Shown in pieces: positions 1 through 10,605 of a DNA stretch of 64,000 nt. A model generated the notes under the pieces. That model searched no databases. It had not been told where the DNA came from and saw nothing but the letters and a program-made list of their open reading frames with translations. Both the position numbers and the translations under genes were made by a program. Position 1 is the first letter of the stretch, and each line of letters starts with the position of its first letter. Source of the stretch: Eutreptiella sp. 'Long Island Sound 2002' (Eukaryota > Protista > Euglenida); NCBI GenBank assembly GCA_964036045.1, contig OZ038378.1, positions 182,218,001 through 182,282,000 of the forward strand, given 5' to 3'.

Positions 1-804
1 GGGATCTTGAGTGTGCTGCATTTGGGTTGCCAGTTGGTTCGCTTAGCCCCACTTTTTGGAAGCCCAAAATGGTGGGGGTATTAGTGTGTGGATTCCCCCT
101 CATGCTGCTCCTCACCAAGCAATTCACGTGCCCCAGTATGCCAACAAATTGCTGGGCCGGGTGTCACAGCTAGTTTCAAAGACCCGGCGTTGCAAGGGTC
201 TTGTAGCGACTTTGCACAAGGCGGCTTCAAGCCATTCAGCGCCATGGCGAAGGTTTGGGACGGGGGGCTTGTGTGTGTGCGTGTGTGCGCGCGCGCATTG
301 TCCAGATGCACCGTCAGTGAGCCTATTACCAACGGACGGTGGGTCCAGTGCCCAGTAGGCGTGTGTGGCTGCCGCTATCCACGGGGTAGTGCACCGTGAC
401 CCTCCCAGCCTGAGCTGCGAGCCTGGAGGGTGGCATCATGGGTTGTATCTAGGGCATTAGATGCGGGCACTGCCTCTCGCACGAAATTTCCTATTTTCGT
501 TTTTGTGGCACATAAAGCCATTCTAGACTGGCTGAGGGTGCAGTGCACAAGCTGGGACCTGTGGGGGCTGATGTAGGGGATTTGGGGTGGTGCGTTGTTG
601 CCTTTCGTATTCAATGTGATGGGGGGGATAATAAATCCTTCCCTCCGCTACCAGTCGCACTGAAAATGATGGCAACAGAGCCTCTCGTTGTACTGACGGG
701 CGTTGTACACACGCACCCTGAGAAGACACAAGCAGCGATAGTAAGGATGGGCAACAACACCTCGTGTTGTCCTGTTTGTCGCACGTGGGTTCAAGCGCTG
801 CAAA

Positions 805-840
805 GGGCAAGGGCAAGGGCAAGGGCAAGGGCAAGGGCAA
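805..840 (+). repeat. (GGGCAA)6 hexanucleotide microsatellite in the GST intron
   Basis: Six perfect GGGCAA units; source of the KGKGKG ORF in the track. Confidence 0.95.
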
Positions 841-1105
841 AGACAAACGCAAAGAGCCTCAGGGTTATTCCTGGCGCGAGCAAAGGCTAGAGCTGGTTAA
901 CACTCAACTGTCTTTACCCCCCGGTGAAGGAGGGAGGGAATGGTCAACAGTGGGCTGTTTATTCGCGTCGACAGCAAGAAGGGGAGTGGGACAGGTCGGA
1001 GGCCCCTCATTGGGGACACGCCTTCTCTCCCCAATACCTGGCCTTCGCAGCAACCGCCCCTTTCCATAGTCAATTGGACCCCCAGCTTTTCACGCTTAAC
1101 GGCAG

Positions 1106-1397
1106 GTATCTGACCGGGGACAAGCCAACAGCTATGGATTTGCGGCTGTTCATGACTTTGATCCGCTTTGATGCGGTGTATTTCGTGTACTTCAAAACAA
1201 ACAAGAAAAAGATCCGCGAGTATCCGAACCTGTTTGAGTATTGCAAGGACATGTACCAACTGCCCGAAATGGCCCGTGCCATCAACATGGACCATATCAA
1301 GATGCACTACTTCACCAGCCACCCCAGTCTCAACATGTACGGCATCATTCCGAAGGGTCCTGATGTGGATTACCTCCAGCCACACAATCGTGCATGA
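1106..1397 (+). CDS. ECM4/yqjG-like: Terminal exon of a glutathionyl-hydroquinone reductase / omega-like glutathione S-transferase (ECM4/YqjG family), C-terminal domain; upstream exons lie outside the window
   Basis: Acceptor ...cttaacggcAG at 1104-1105 (phase 2). Translation (R)YLTGDKPTAMDLRLFMTLIRFDAVYFVYFKTNKKKIREYPNLFEYCKDMYQLPEMARAINMDHIKMHYFTSHPSLNMYGIIPKGPDVDYLQPHNRA* carries the family motifs YLxGD, DxRLFxTLIRFDxVY, HIKxHYFxSH and GIxPxGP. Confidence 0.92.
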
Positions 1398-4020
1398 GCA
1401 CTGTGTTACGCCGCTTTACCGCTTACCCCATGTGGCCCCGGAAGCCGAGCACTTTGTCAAGCCTGCCTTTCCATTCAGCCCGGTCCCCGGGAGCCACCAA
1501 TGCTCTCTGACGTAAGTCCCCTTACTGCTTTTCAATCTCCGCGAGTCTTTGCGGCCTACATGGGACGGATTGGGCTGCAGAAGAGTACAGTGATGGTTCC
1601 TCCCATGCGGCGAATGCAGAGTAGCGCCCGGTGTGTACGCACTTCGGAAGGGATTATTTCTATGCACAAAGTTATGATACAGCCAAAATTTACCAACACA
1701 CCGCGAGAGTCTCGTTCGGAGTGGGTGCACTCTAAAATCCAATGATTCCAAACTTTTTCTTTGCACCCCACTTTGGGGTGCACAAGACTTCAATTCAAAT
1801 GGTCACAACTGCCGAGTTGCCTCATGTTTTTGTTGAAAATCAGAGATTCATGCGACAGGGGTCCCAGATGCAGCCGAGCTTGGTTTCCTTTTCTACAGTA
1901 GGGCCTAGGACAAAACGGCATCGCTCTCCCCTGGCTCTCCACTGGCTGGGAACCTTTTACAAAATTTGATACTGGTTATTGTTGCTTTCTTCGAAAGCGG
2001 TTATTTCTGTTTTCTTAAAATTTCAACCGGCTATCGGTTTGGATTGAGAATCGGTTAAGCGCCAATTTACTCCCTGGCCTGGCCTTGAAAGCTGGATCCG
2101 AGGCAAGGCCGAAGGAATGATAGAGTTCTTGTTCCTGTTCATCATGATCATCATGATAGAGTTCGGGTTGTTGTACATATATGTTGTTTGCCACCAGTGC
2201 GGCCATTTGCATCTTGGGGCCAGTGAGGTGCTGTGGCCCCAACATGCAGAATGGCATGGCGTGGAACAGTGTAAGAATGCGCCGTTGTGGATGCATCATC
2301 GATTCAGGGCAGAGCAACAGATAGCGGGGGGAATGTCATGTCATAACGGGCTATGTTCGCATCATAATTGCTTCAGATTTTGCAAGGAACTTTTTCCGAA
2401 ATAAATGTCCAGGAGTGCCACGCTCACGCTAGTGTGTCCCGAATACCAATCCGCTGGGGCAGGTGGCATTCGACAGCCTGAAATATCGACGGATCTGTGG
2501 AAGAGTTGTAGTAGTGTGGTTTATTCGTCAGATGCAAGGCCGTGCAGCGTTGACATGGTGATGGAGCATGTTTAATGCACACTGCCACATGCACGAGTGG
2601 TGCACAGGCACTGAAAGTGTTGCTACAATGGCAGGGATGCATATCTACACACATATTGTGCTGTGCTTGTGCCCTCCGTTCTCCTGGCAGGGTTTGGGCT
2701 ACACGATGGTCTTCAACATGTCTGCAGACGACTGGTAGGCAGCTTTAAACATGCAACGACCTGCAGCATTCTAGGGTGGGGATGCACGTCTCCACAGCAT
2801 GCCCACCACAGCTGCATGGTCTCCAAATTGAGTACATCTAAGGCCAGTGGAAATGTTTTGGCAAAAGGCTGGATAAGGGCAACCAAAAGGTGGTGTGGTT
2901 CAGATTGCCCCCTACCAAAATGCCACAAAGCACACTGGGACCCCATGGAATGGGCGATTCAAACAACCGACTGACGCCCCACTACAGGAGAGCACGGGGA
3001 ACCAGTCCTGAGTGTTCCGTTTGGTCAACCTGGCCAGAGTCGTCCATAACTTGCCGAAATCACTGTCCTTTTGAGCAACGCTTCCCCCTTTGTGGGACGA
3101 TGACACGAACATTTTGAGCCCCTTTGATGACAAAAATTGATGTGGTTCGGATTGGTGGCAGAGCTGGAAAGTGTTTTCTCGTCAATGATGGATAAGCTGC
3201 CATGGGCAGGGAGGGATAGGGGGGAAACAGGTGGATGGCGACTTGGGGGGGGGGGGCTAAGGGAGTATGCATCTGGCTGCACTCATGGCATTGCAAGCCT
3301 GGAATTCCGATCCTGCTGGTGACTGCACTCACTCATAGCTTGATGTGGATGGCAATGCTGGTGCACTCAACACGTTTCGGTAACCCGTGTTTCATTTTTC
3401 GTGCAGTGTGTGGACCAAACAAAAATCAAGGAGAAAATGCAACTGTTTGTTATTTCATATGGGTGTCTGTGTGACATCATGAAATGTGTTTCCGGATGGT
3501 AGCACGACAGCAAGAATCCTGCCGGGGGCTCCAAGTAGAAGGGATGGCAGAGAACATGTGGCAATGCTGCTGGCTTTGCCTGTGCTACTTCTGCTGCCAA
3601 CAGTGTTGTTCATGCAGCCTCTTTTGCAAAATGTTTACATTGACTTCACTCATAGAGCCCCTATGTCCTAAGATCAAGGGTAGGCGTGAGCACCATACAT
3701 CCCCCCCTTTGGGGATATATGCATGGCATACTCCCGCGTGTTATTTTGGATGTTTTAGAGGATGTTTACTGAGCTGGGTTTCCCAGTGGAGGTTTTACAA
3801 CCCTTTGGTCCAAGGTGAGCAACATATTTCAGCAGCAACAAGCAAGCAAGCAGCAAGCAACAAGCAACATGCACACAAAAAGTCTTTGTGGGGACACCGT
3901 GGCTTGAAACTGGCATCCAAGTGGCTCAAAATGACCGCAGAGCAAATGTGCATCACATGAAACGATGTGCTTTAGCGCCGTCCACCCCATTCTATGGCTG
4001 ATTTGGTGTCCAAAAATGAC

Positions 4021-4512
4021 CATTTTCAGCCGGTTTTTAGGACGATTATCCTGAAAGTCAAGGACGATCGCTAGTGTGTCAAGTAGGTCTCCCCACTGAG
4101 GGTTGCCCTTCTTTCATATGATTGGGCCATCAATGTGTGTTGAATGACGTGTCTCTGATGACGTGGTGCCATGCAGTGCTCCATTTTGAGGTGAGAAAGA
4201 GCCTCTTTTCAGCCTGTTTTGGGAAGATCACCATGAAATTACACGACAATCATTATTGTGTCATGCAAGTGTCTCCAATGAGGGGAGTTCTTCTGCCACG
4301 GCAATTGGGGTATCAAATGATTGTAAATGGGGTTTCAATGAGGCGTCTCTCACACCGTAGTGCCATGTGGTGGTCCAGCTTGTGGTGTTAATGAGCATTT
4401 CTTTGGCCGTTTTTGAGGACAACTGTCTTGAACGTTGAGGACCATTGCCAGTGTCCCAAGCAAGCGTCTCCCATGAGGGCAATTCTTTTTCCACAACGAT
4501 TTCATATGCAAT
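4021..4512. repeat. Diverged tandem repeat, about 185-190-bp period, about 2.6 copies
   Basis: Recurring unit starts near 4021 (cattttcagccggtttttaggacg), 4205 (cttttcagcctgttttgggaag) and 4396 (catttctttggccgtttttgaggac), each followed by gtctcc...gaggg; the gtctct...gtgccatg block recurs near 4150 and 4345. Confidence 0.6.
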
Positions 4513-5206
4513 GAGCAAGACGAGGACCCTGCTCGGTCCTAGTCGAAAGTCTTGATACCCATTTTGGCTGTGCAAACGCTTGCAACTTGTCCTCCAACCG
4601 AAGTACGGGTTTGAGCTCCTTCTTATCCTCTAGCTATTCTTTGAGCTCTAGTGATGAAGCCAAGGATGAATGTTCAAATCACTATTGTTTTATCAATGAT
4701 TGATAGGTGTGTGAAAAGAATTATCTCAGCTTCTGTAGAGGAGGCAAGGACAGGTACACTGCACATTGCACACCGTTGTTGGTTGGGAAACTGTAGTCAT
4801 GATTAAGACCAGTTGCTACATTGCTAGCCTTCATCCTCATTGCACCACGAAGCAAATACCCATTGCCATCAAATATGTCATGCAAGTGCTGAACTCTTGA
4901 GCCACCATTGTGGCAAATGATTGGCTTTATGTACCCTTATGCACGCCCCATACCACACACTCCACAGTGCAAAAAATTTCAAATAGCCCCTTGTGTAGTA
5001 CCTTCTAGAAAGCCAAAATGCTTGGGGATTCAAGTCTTGTCATCATGGATCCGGGTACAACCCATAGTCATTTTCCCAAGACAAGAAATGATTGTCCAAA
5101 TTATTGCTCTTGGTCTGAATACCTTCCCCGTTTTGACAGTACAAAAAGCCTCAGTTTTCCGTCTTGGGGAGGGCATGCAGGCTGTAGGTGGTGTGATGTG
5201 GGATTG

Positions 5207-5640
5207 TTATAGCCTAACAATGGCAAAGGCACTCTTGGTGAGCACCAAAGAAAAGATGTGGCACCAAGAAATGGAACATGGCTGAATGTTAAAGCTACCG
5301 TTGAAGCTGTGTCCAAGAGGAAGGCCAGTACCATGTGGTTTGGAGTTGGGTGGTGCCAAGCTCCTAATGGGATCTCCAACCTGTGAATCATCTTGGATCT
5401 GTATTGTGTGAACTAGCATGAAGCTCCAGAAAGCATGTGGTAGCTTGGATTGGCATTGTGTGAATTGGCTTGCAATTTTGCCATTTTGTGAGCCAATCTG
5501 AATGTCCAATGTCTTCAATAGCTTGGATCTTTGATCCATGATCTCCGGTATGATCTGTCTTGGAATGTGTAAAGTGGCTTGGGTCTGCATCATGTGCACT
5601 AGGTTAATTCTGCCACTCTTGCCCCAAATCCTCACATAGA
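5207..5640 (-). pseudogene. Possible degraded non-LTR (LINE-like) retrotransposon remnant
   Basis: GRINLVHMMQTQATLHIPRQIIPEIMDQRSKLLKTL loosely resembles the post-RT GRxxLxxxx region of LINE ORF2. No clear RT core motifs are recoverable. Confidence 0.25.
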
Positions 5641-8112
5641 GTGGCTAGCAAGGTGTTAGAAGGGCGCAAGTACATGGAAACCAAGATGCATGTGGCAACA
5701 GGGCAAGGGAGGATGATGGGAAAGGTGAGTTTGTGGTGTGTAGTAGTGGCCATGAATGGGCATTGTGCAAAGGCACGGTTGCTGACCTGTGGGCCCGACC
5801 ATTCAAGCCCAAGCGGAGGACAACCATCCATTGGAGATGTCACCTCTGTAAGCTAGGTCTGACAATGTTGCCTTGCTACCAGGCCCTAGGCCCATGATTC
5901 CGGTTCCAAAGGGGTCCTCAATTTCCACAACCCTTTGTTTGTGCAATACCTGCCTAAGAGCTAAAAAAAAAAAGAAGGGTTATTTTGAACATGTAACATT
6001 TCAACGACAATGGCACATTTGAAGCTAGACACTTTCGACTCCTTGTTAGCAGGGCTATCAAGGAAGAAGGGTATGTCATCATCCCCTAAAATGTGGGGGT
6101 GGACCTTCAGCATACAAATTCCACTGTAGCTGGCAAGGCCACAAATGAGGCCAATGATGGTAGCACCTTGACTGGAAATGAACCATGAGGCTAGAGTCAC
6201 CCCAACGAATCTAGTAATGACGCGAATAATGATGCCGACAGTCGAGGTATGGTTCTCAAAAGCATGCGTCACAAATAGCCTCCTTGACCCGCTCGAAACA
6301 ACCCATGCAACATTTGAACGCAAGACTCGTTGAATGGGACTCATTGAAAAGCCCTTGTTCAGCTCCTCCAGCAGCCGCATCACATGCAATGCGCTTCCAA
6401 TCGTCACGTTGCTGCACCGTGGGTGGTTGTCATTGTGGCACTAAAATCAAGCCCAGCCATAATGCCTTTGATTCAAGCAGTTGGCGGTCTTCAATTTGAA
6501 GAAATTCAATAAGTGCATGACGTACCCCCCCTGCGCAAGCACGGCTGCGTCTAAGCATGGGGTGGGCATTGAACTGCCGTTTTGCCTAGTTTTCTGAGAC
6601 TGGTGCTTTTGTGGTCGTGAATTTAAGATTGGGCATTTGTGAGGTGGTTGTAGAGGGAAAGAGGGGCCCATTCATCTCATTCATTATTCATTCATCATGA
6701 TTGTTCATTCTGTCCACAACAACATTCTACCACACATTTTTGAGGGGGCTTCATCAGTCTTCCACGACGGTAAGTTTTGCGCCCCCAATAAACATGGTGG
6801 AGCGCCGGATCGGGCAAATGTAGCTATTTTCAATTGAATATCTCACTGATCAACCGCAACAAGGTGGCTAGAAGTGTTGCACACTGATGGGCCATTAGTT
6901 TGGCGAACTGTTTAGACAAGGATTTGAAACTTCTCGCAGATCTCTTGAGCCGTCATGTTCAAGTGTGAAGTTATATTTCTCACTGGAGCATAGGAGCAAG
7001 CAAACATTTGGGGATTTGTCCTTCGCTTTTGTTTGTGCCATGTGATTTCGCCACAGGGAATACAATAGGCCTTTGCAGTGTGTGTTTTTGTATGATGTAA
7101 TGCTATATACGAAATATCATATATCATACAGTGGAAAAAGTTGATCAAAATTCACCGCCTTTTGGGCCATTGGAGGAGAAACAATCTCGTAAAGGAGGTA
7201 GAAACGAGACCGTTTGAATAGAAAAAGTAGCTGAATTACAAAATGGGGCACGTCAAACTGCCGCGGGGGGGGGGGGGGGGGGCATGTGGCGTATGTGTGG
7301 ATGCATGTTTTTGTGCGCTGGGGACTAGGCACCCAGGGCCAACCTCTGGGCCCTTCTCGCACCTGTGTATAGAATGCTTACAACGTTGATGCGTGCAAGG
7401 GATCCAGCGCTCAATGGACTTCTATCAGGCAGGGAAGGGACCGTCAACCATACTGGGGTGGGATGAACCAAGGACGGCGGCAGCAGCACAGTGCTAGGAC
7501 ACCCACAACCACGCACATGCACGTGACACCCACGAAAAGCAGAAAGGTGCTTATGACACCTGCAAACTCCACAAAGGAGCACACAAAACCCACAAACACC
7601 AAACACGTGCATGTGAGCCTTGCGCCGTACACACACACCCATAGACGGCACCACGGACACCACTAGCAGGATGGCGGTACGTTAGTTTACCAGGTGGAGG
7701 AGGGGCGCTGCGGTGGCAAACCCATGTGGACAGGGCAAGGAGCAGTCTAGCAACACGGGACACACGGGACTTGCACAATTTAACGGCCCCCACATCACCA
7801 ACCCCAGGCCCAGGACGAGCTATTGGGCCCTTGTCACACAACAACGTCCCCCACGGCACCAGCCACGGGTGTATGTTGTAATCTATGTAATTTTTTTTTT
7901 GCTGTAAATGCGTGTCGCAAAAAAGCCGTCACATCATGTATTTTTTTTTCGGTAAGTCGTGTAAACCTGTTACACGCATTACCACAAAAAAAAATTACAT
8001 GACCTGACAATTTTGTTTTTGCACACGCATTTACCGCAAAAAAAATAGCGCAATGTGATGATTTTTTTGTGACACACATTTACCGCAAAAAGAAATTGCA
8101 CGAAATTGCAAC

Positions 8113-8375
8113 ACTTCTAATTCTGTCCCGCGCTCTGAAGCGTTGGGGACCCCCCAGGCGGCAGGGGTTATGTAGCCACACGGCCCACTTGTGGGCCACT
8201 ATTGATTCTGTCCCCTGCTTTGAAGCGTTGGGGACCCCCCAAGCGGCAGGGGTTATGCAGCCACCTAGCCTACTTTTGGGCCACTTCTGATTTTGTCCCC
8301 CGCTTGGAAGCGTTGGGGACCCCCCAAGCGGCAAGGGTTATTTAGCCACTTGGCCCACTTGTGGGCCACCTGTGA
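8113..8375 (+). repeat. 3 x 85-bp tandem repeat (left subterminal array of the MULE-like element)
   Basis: GAAGCGTTGGGGACCCCC begins at 8137, 8222 and 8307 (exact 85-bp period). Confidence 0.92.
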
Positions 8376-9160
8376 TTCTCTTTGCGCCTCCACCTATGGC
8401 CATTGTGCCACAGAAGAAGGTTAAGGGAAAGAAGGCCCCGCCAAGTGCACCCCTATTGACCCTTCCACTTCCAAAAGGCGCACTCGGAGAACCATCCATA
8501 GTGAAACAACCCCTTTTGGGGGTGGGACATTGGTTGATGGACAAGGATATCTTATGTTGGTTGAACCAAGAGCCCTGCCACGTGGAAATCGATCAACCAC
8601 ATGCGTGGACTCTTGTGGTTCTTGAGATCAAGAGACTGTCTAGTTGCATGTGGATGGTTGAATCTGGCACCACACTAGACAACATGGCTTGGAGCCGGCG
8701 CCACATTTTTGTGGTCAATAGTGATGAGAAAGAAGTGTGTGCCTTCGATTGTCGTGTCCGGTTGGAGCGTTTCATTATTTGGGTTCGGGAACCTCTAAGC
8801 TCCATTCATTTTATCCGTCCTTTCTTGACGGCAATCGAGAAGCTTTGCTCAACAACCAAGCACCGGGCTTTGGCATTCCAAAAGGAAGGTTGGTCTTGTG
8901 GGTTTTAGAGCTTGCTTTCAGAGCTTGAACATCACAAACGTGGTTCCCGGATCACCGGGGTTCTTTTTCGGATGTGCCCCTCACCCCAATGGGTCCCGGT
9001 CATGTGGATTATGTATTGAGCATTGTTAATGCTGATCGCGCTATGCGGGTCATTGAACCGCCTAGTGAAGATTTGGAGGGTGTGACTGAGCTTCCTTGCC
9101 CTCCTGAGTCCCCCCCTAGCACCCAAGTTGATCCCGCCCCACCATCGGTACCGCCGGCGG
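8372..9160 (+). pseudogene. Ulp1/SENP-like (peptidase C48, clan CE) cysteine protease pseudogene, copy 1
   Basis: GHWLMDKDILCWLNQ (WLxD-like motif), HIFVVNSDEKE[GLHWF missing]VCAFDC, WVREPL, FQKEGWSCGF. After a 13-bp duplication carrying a stop and one frameshift it continues FQSLNIT..DHRGSFSDVPLTPMGPGHVDYVLSIVNADR into a Pro/Glu-rich linker. The catalytic His is lost by an in-frame 15-nt deletion relative to copy 2. Confidence 0.75.
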
Positions 9161-9839
9161 ATGGGTGGCGTGTCTCGTCTTCATATTTTATTTTTGGATA
9201 TGTAACACCGGCGCCTCTGGCAGACAGGGGACACATCTCCTCCTCATATTCCTCTTCCGGGGTTCAAACTGGCGACTCCATAGTGGCAGACGGCTGCACT
9301 GCTGCTGCACTTGGAGGCCAAAACCTAGCCTTCCGGTCGGCAATTTTATGGAAGCAACATGTAGGCACGTCAAGCCAGCCCCGTCTAGAATTATGCATCA
9401 CTGAGGCTGGGCCTACGCCCCCCCCACACACCAAACCAAACACCACAACGCTTGTGCACACACTAGCTACATGTGCTGAAACTTAACTAGTCACGGTCAC
9501 GGGTAAGGCCGAATGAGTGCCATGCGTAGCAGCCCGGAGACAGTGGATGTGGTAGTATATAGCTCGCTTTAAATGAGCGCTCCAGGATTGGGTTCAGGTG
9601 CTAGATAGCAGTGACCAGTTAAACACGATGCGGCACCCACTGTACGGCCACTCAGCAGTCCGCGTGTATATATGATAGTGGAGCACCTCAACCAAGAAGG
9701 GGACACGAGCCATTGTGTGTTGATGTCACTATTGGACTAAGGGCTGAAATAGTCTATGGTGGGGACATTCAGTCAATCAGAACCGACATTGTTCCCCAAG
9801 TTGAAGGTGCACTTTTGGGCATCGAGGAGAGTGTTCATC

Positions 9840-10160
9840 CCACTCGAAGGCAAGGAGGCCCCCGGTGAGCAAAGAGTCCCGAGGCTAAGGCCCGACCTTC
9901 CATGGCCACTCCCACAGAGGGGGACACCCGTCCCAAGGTCCCCATCCGTGGAGAGTGGCGCAAGGTGCCGGATGGCCACCCGACAGATGCATGTGGCCTG
10001 TTTGGAGCGTGACCAGCTTTTCATCAATGACCCGGCCAAGCAGCTAGTAGTGGAGTTGCACACCGCTTGTCAGCTTGACACCAATCGTGGTGCGAAGCCC
10101 AAGTCTAGCGACGCAAAAGCTGACTTGATCCACAAGCGTGCATCTTGCAAGTACTTGTAG
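9840..10160 (+). pseudogene. Probable C-terminal part of the element-encoded protein, with a SAP/HEH-like helical motif
   Basis: Frameshifted LEGKEAPGE..PEAKARPSMATPTEGDTRPKVPIRGEWR.., then DQLFINDPAKQLVVELHTACQLDTNRGAKPKSSDAKADLIHKR, resembling the SAP pattern LxxxELxxxCxxxGLxxxGxKxDLIxR. Confidence 0.4.
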
Positions 10161-10190
10161 CGGGTGCATCTTTTGTGTGCTATAGTTTCC

Positions 10191-10605
10191 CCCATCCCAG
10201 TGCCTTGGTGGCTTATAATGGTGGCACTAATGTTGGCCATGGCCCTGTCACGACTCTTTTCTTGAGCTTGATTTGCTCCCAGTGCAGGCACACTAGATGT
10301 TGGCCATGGCCCTCCCTGTCAGGACTCTTTTCTTGGGCTTGGTTTTGGGTTTGGGGCCAATGACACCATGTGAAACAATGTTATATTGCATGCTACAATA
10401 TTGGCCCCATTCCAGTGCTGTGGTGGCCTGTAATGGTGGCACTAATGTTGGCCATGGCTCTGTCAGGACTCTTTTTCTTGAGCCTGATTTTGTTCCTAGT
10501 GCAGGCACAATGGATGTTGGCCATGGCCCTGTCAAGCCTCTTTTGTGGGGCTTGATTCTGTGTTTAGTGCCAATGACACCATGTGATAGTATGTTATATT
10601 GCCCG
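10191..10605 (+). repeat. 2 x about 215-bp tandem repeat with internal ATGTTGGCCATGGC sub-repeats (right subterminal array of the MULE-like element)
   Basis: Units start ccccatcccagtg (10191) and ccccattccagtg (about 10406); each holds two ATGTTGGCCATGGC blocks and ends gccaatgacaccatgtga...atgttatattgc. Confidence 0.88.

Noticed and set aside
170-252. AG..GT-bounded block that is phase-compatible with the GST terminal exon
   Set aside because: The translation (LVSKTRRCKGLVATLHKAASSHSAPWR) does not resemble the expected F..LD.LE..L helix of the ECM4/YqjG family.
764-1069. KGKGKG-containing ORF
   Set aside because: Produced by the (GGGCAA)6 microsatellite inside an intron; no other coding signal.
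7925-7965. TATTTTTTTTTCG|GTAAG resembles the 3' end of the Euglena spliced-leader exon plus a donor site
   Set aside because: The 5' half of the SL (ACTTTCTGAGTGTC, from memory) is absent, and the motif is one unit of the element's T-run/GTAAGTCG terminal repeat.
8113-8375. Regular repeats considered as a CRISPR-like array
   Set aside because: The 85-bp units are repeated along their whole length with no unique spacers, and there are no cas genes; eukaryotic context.
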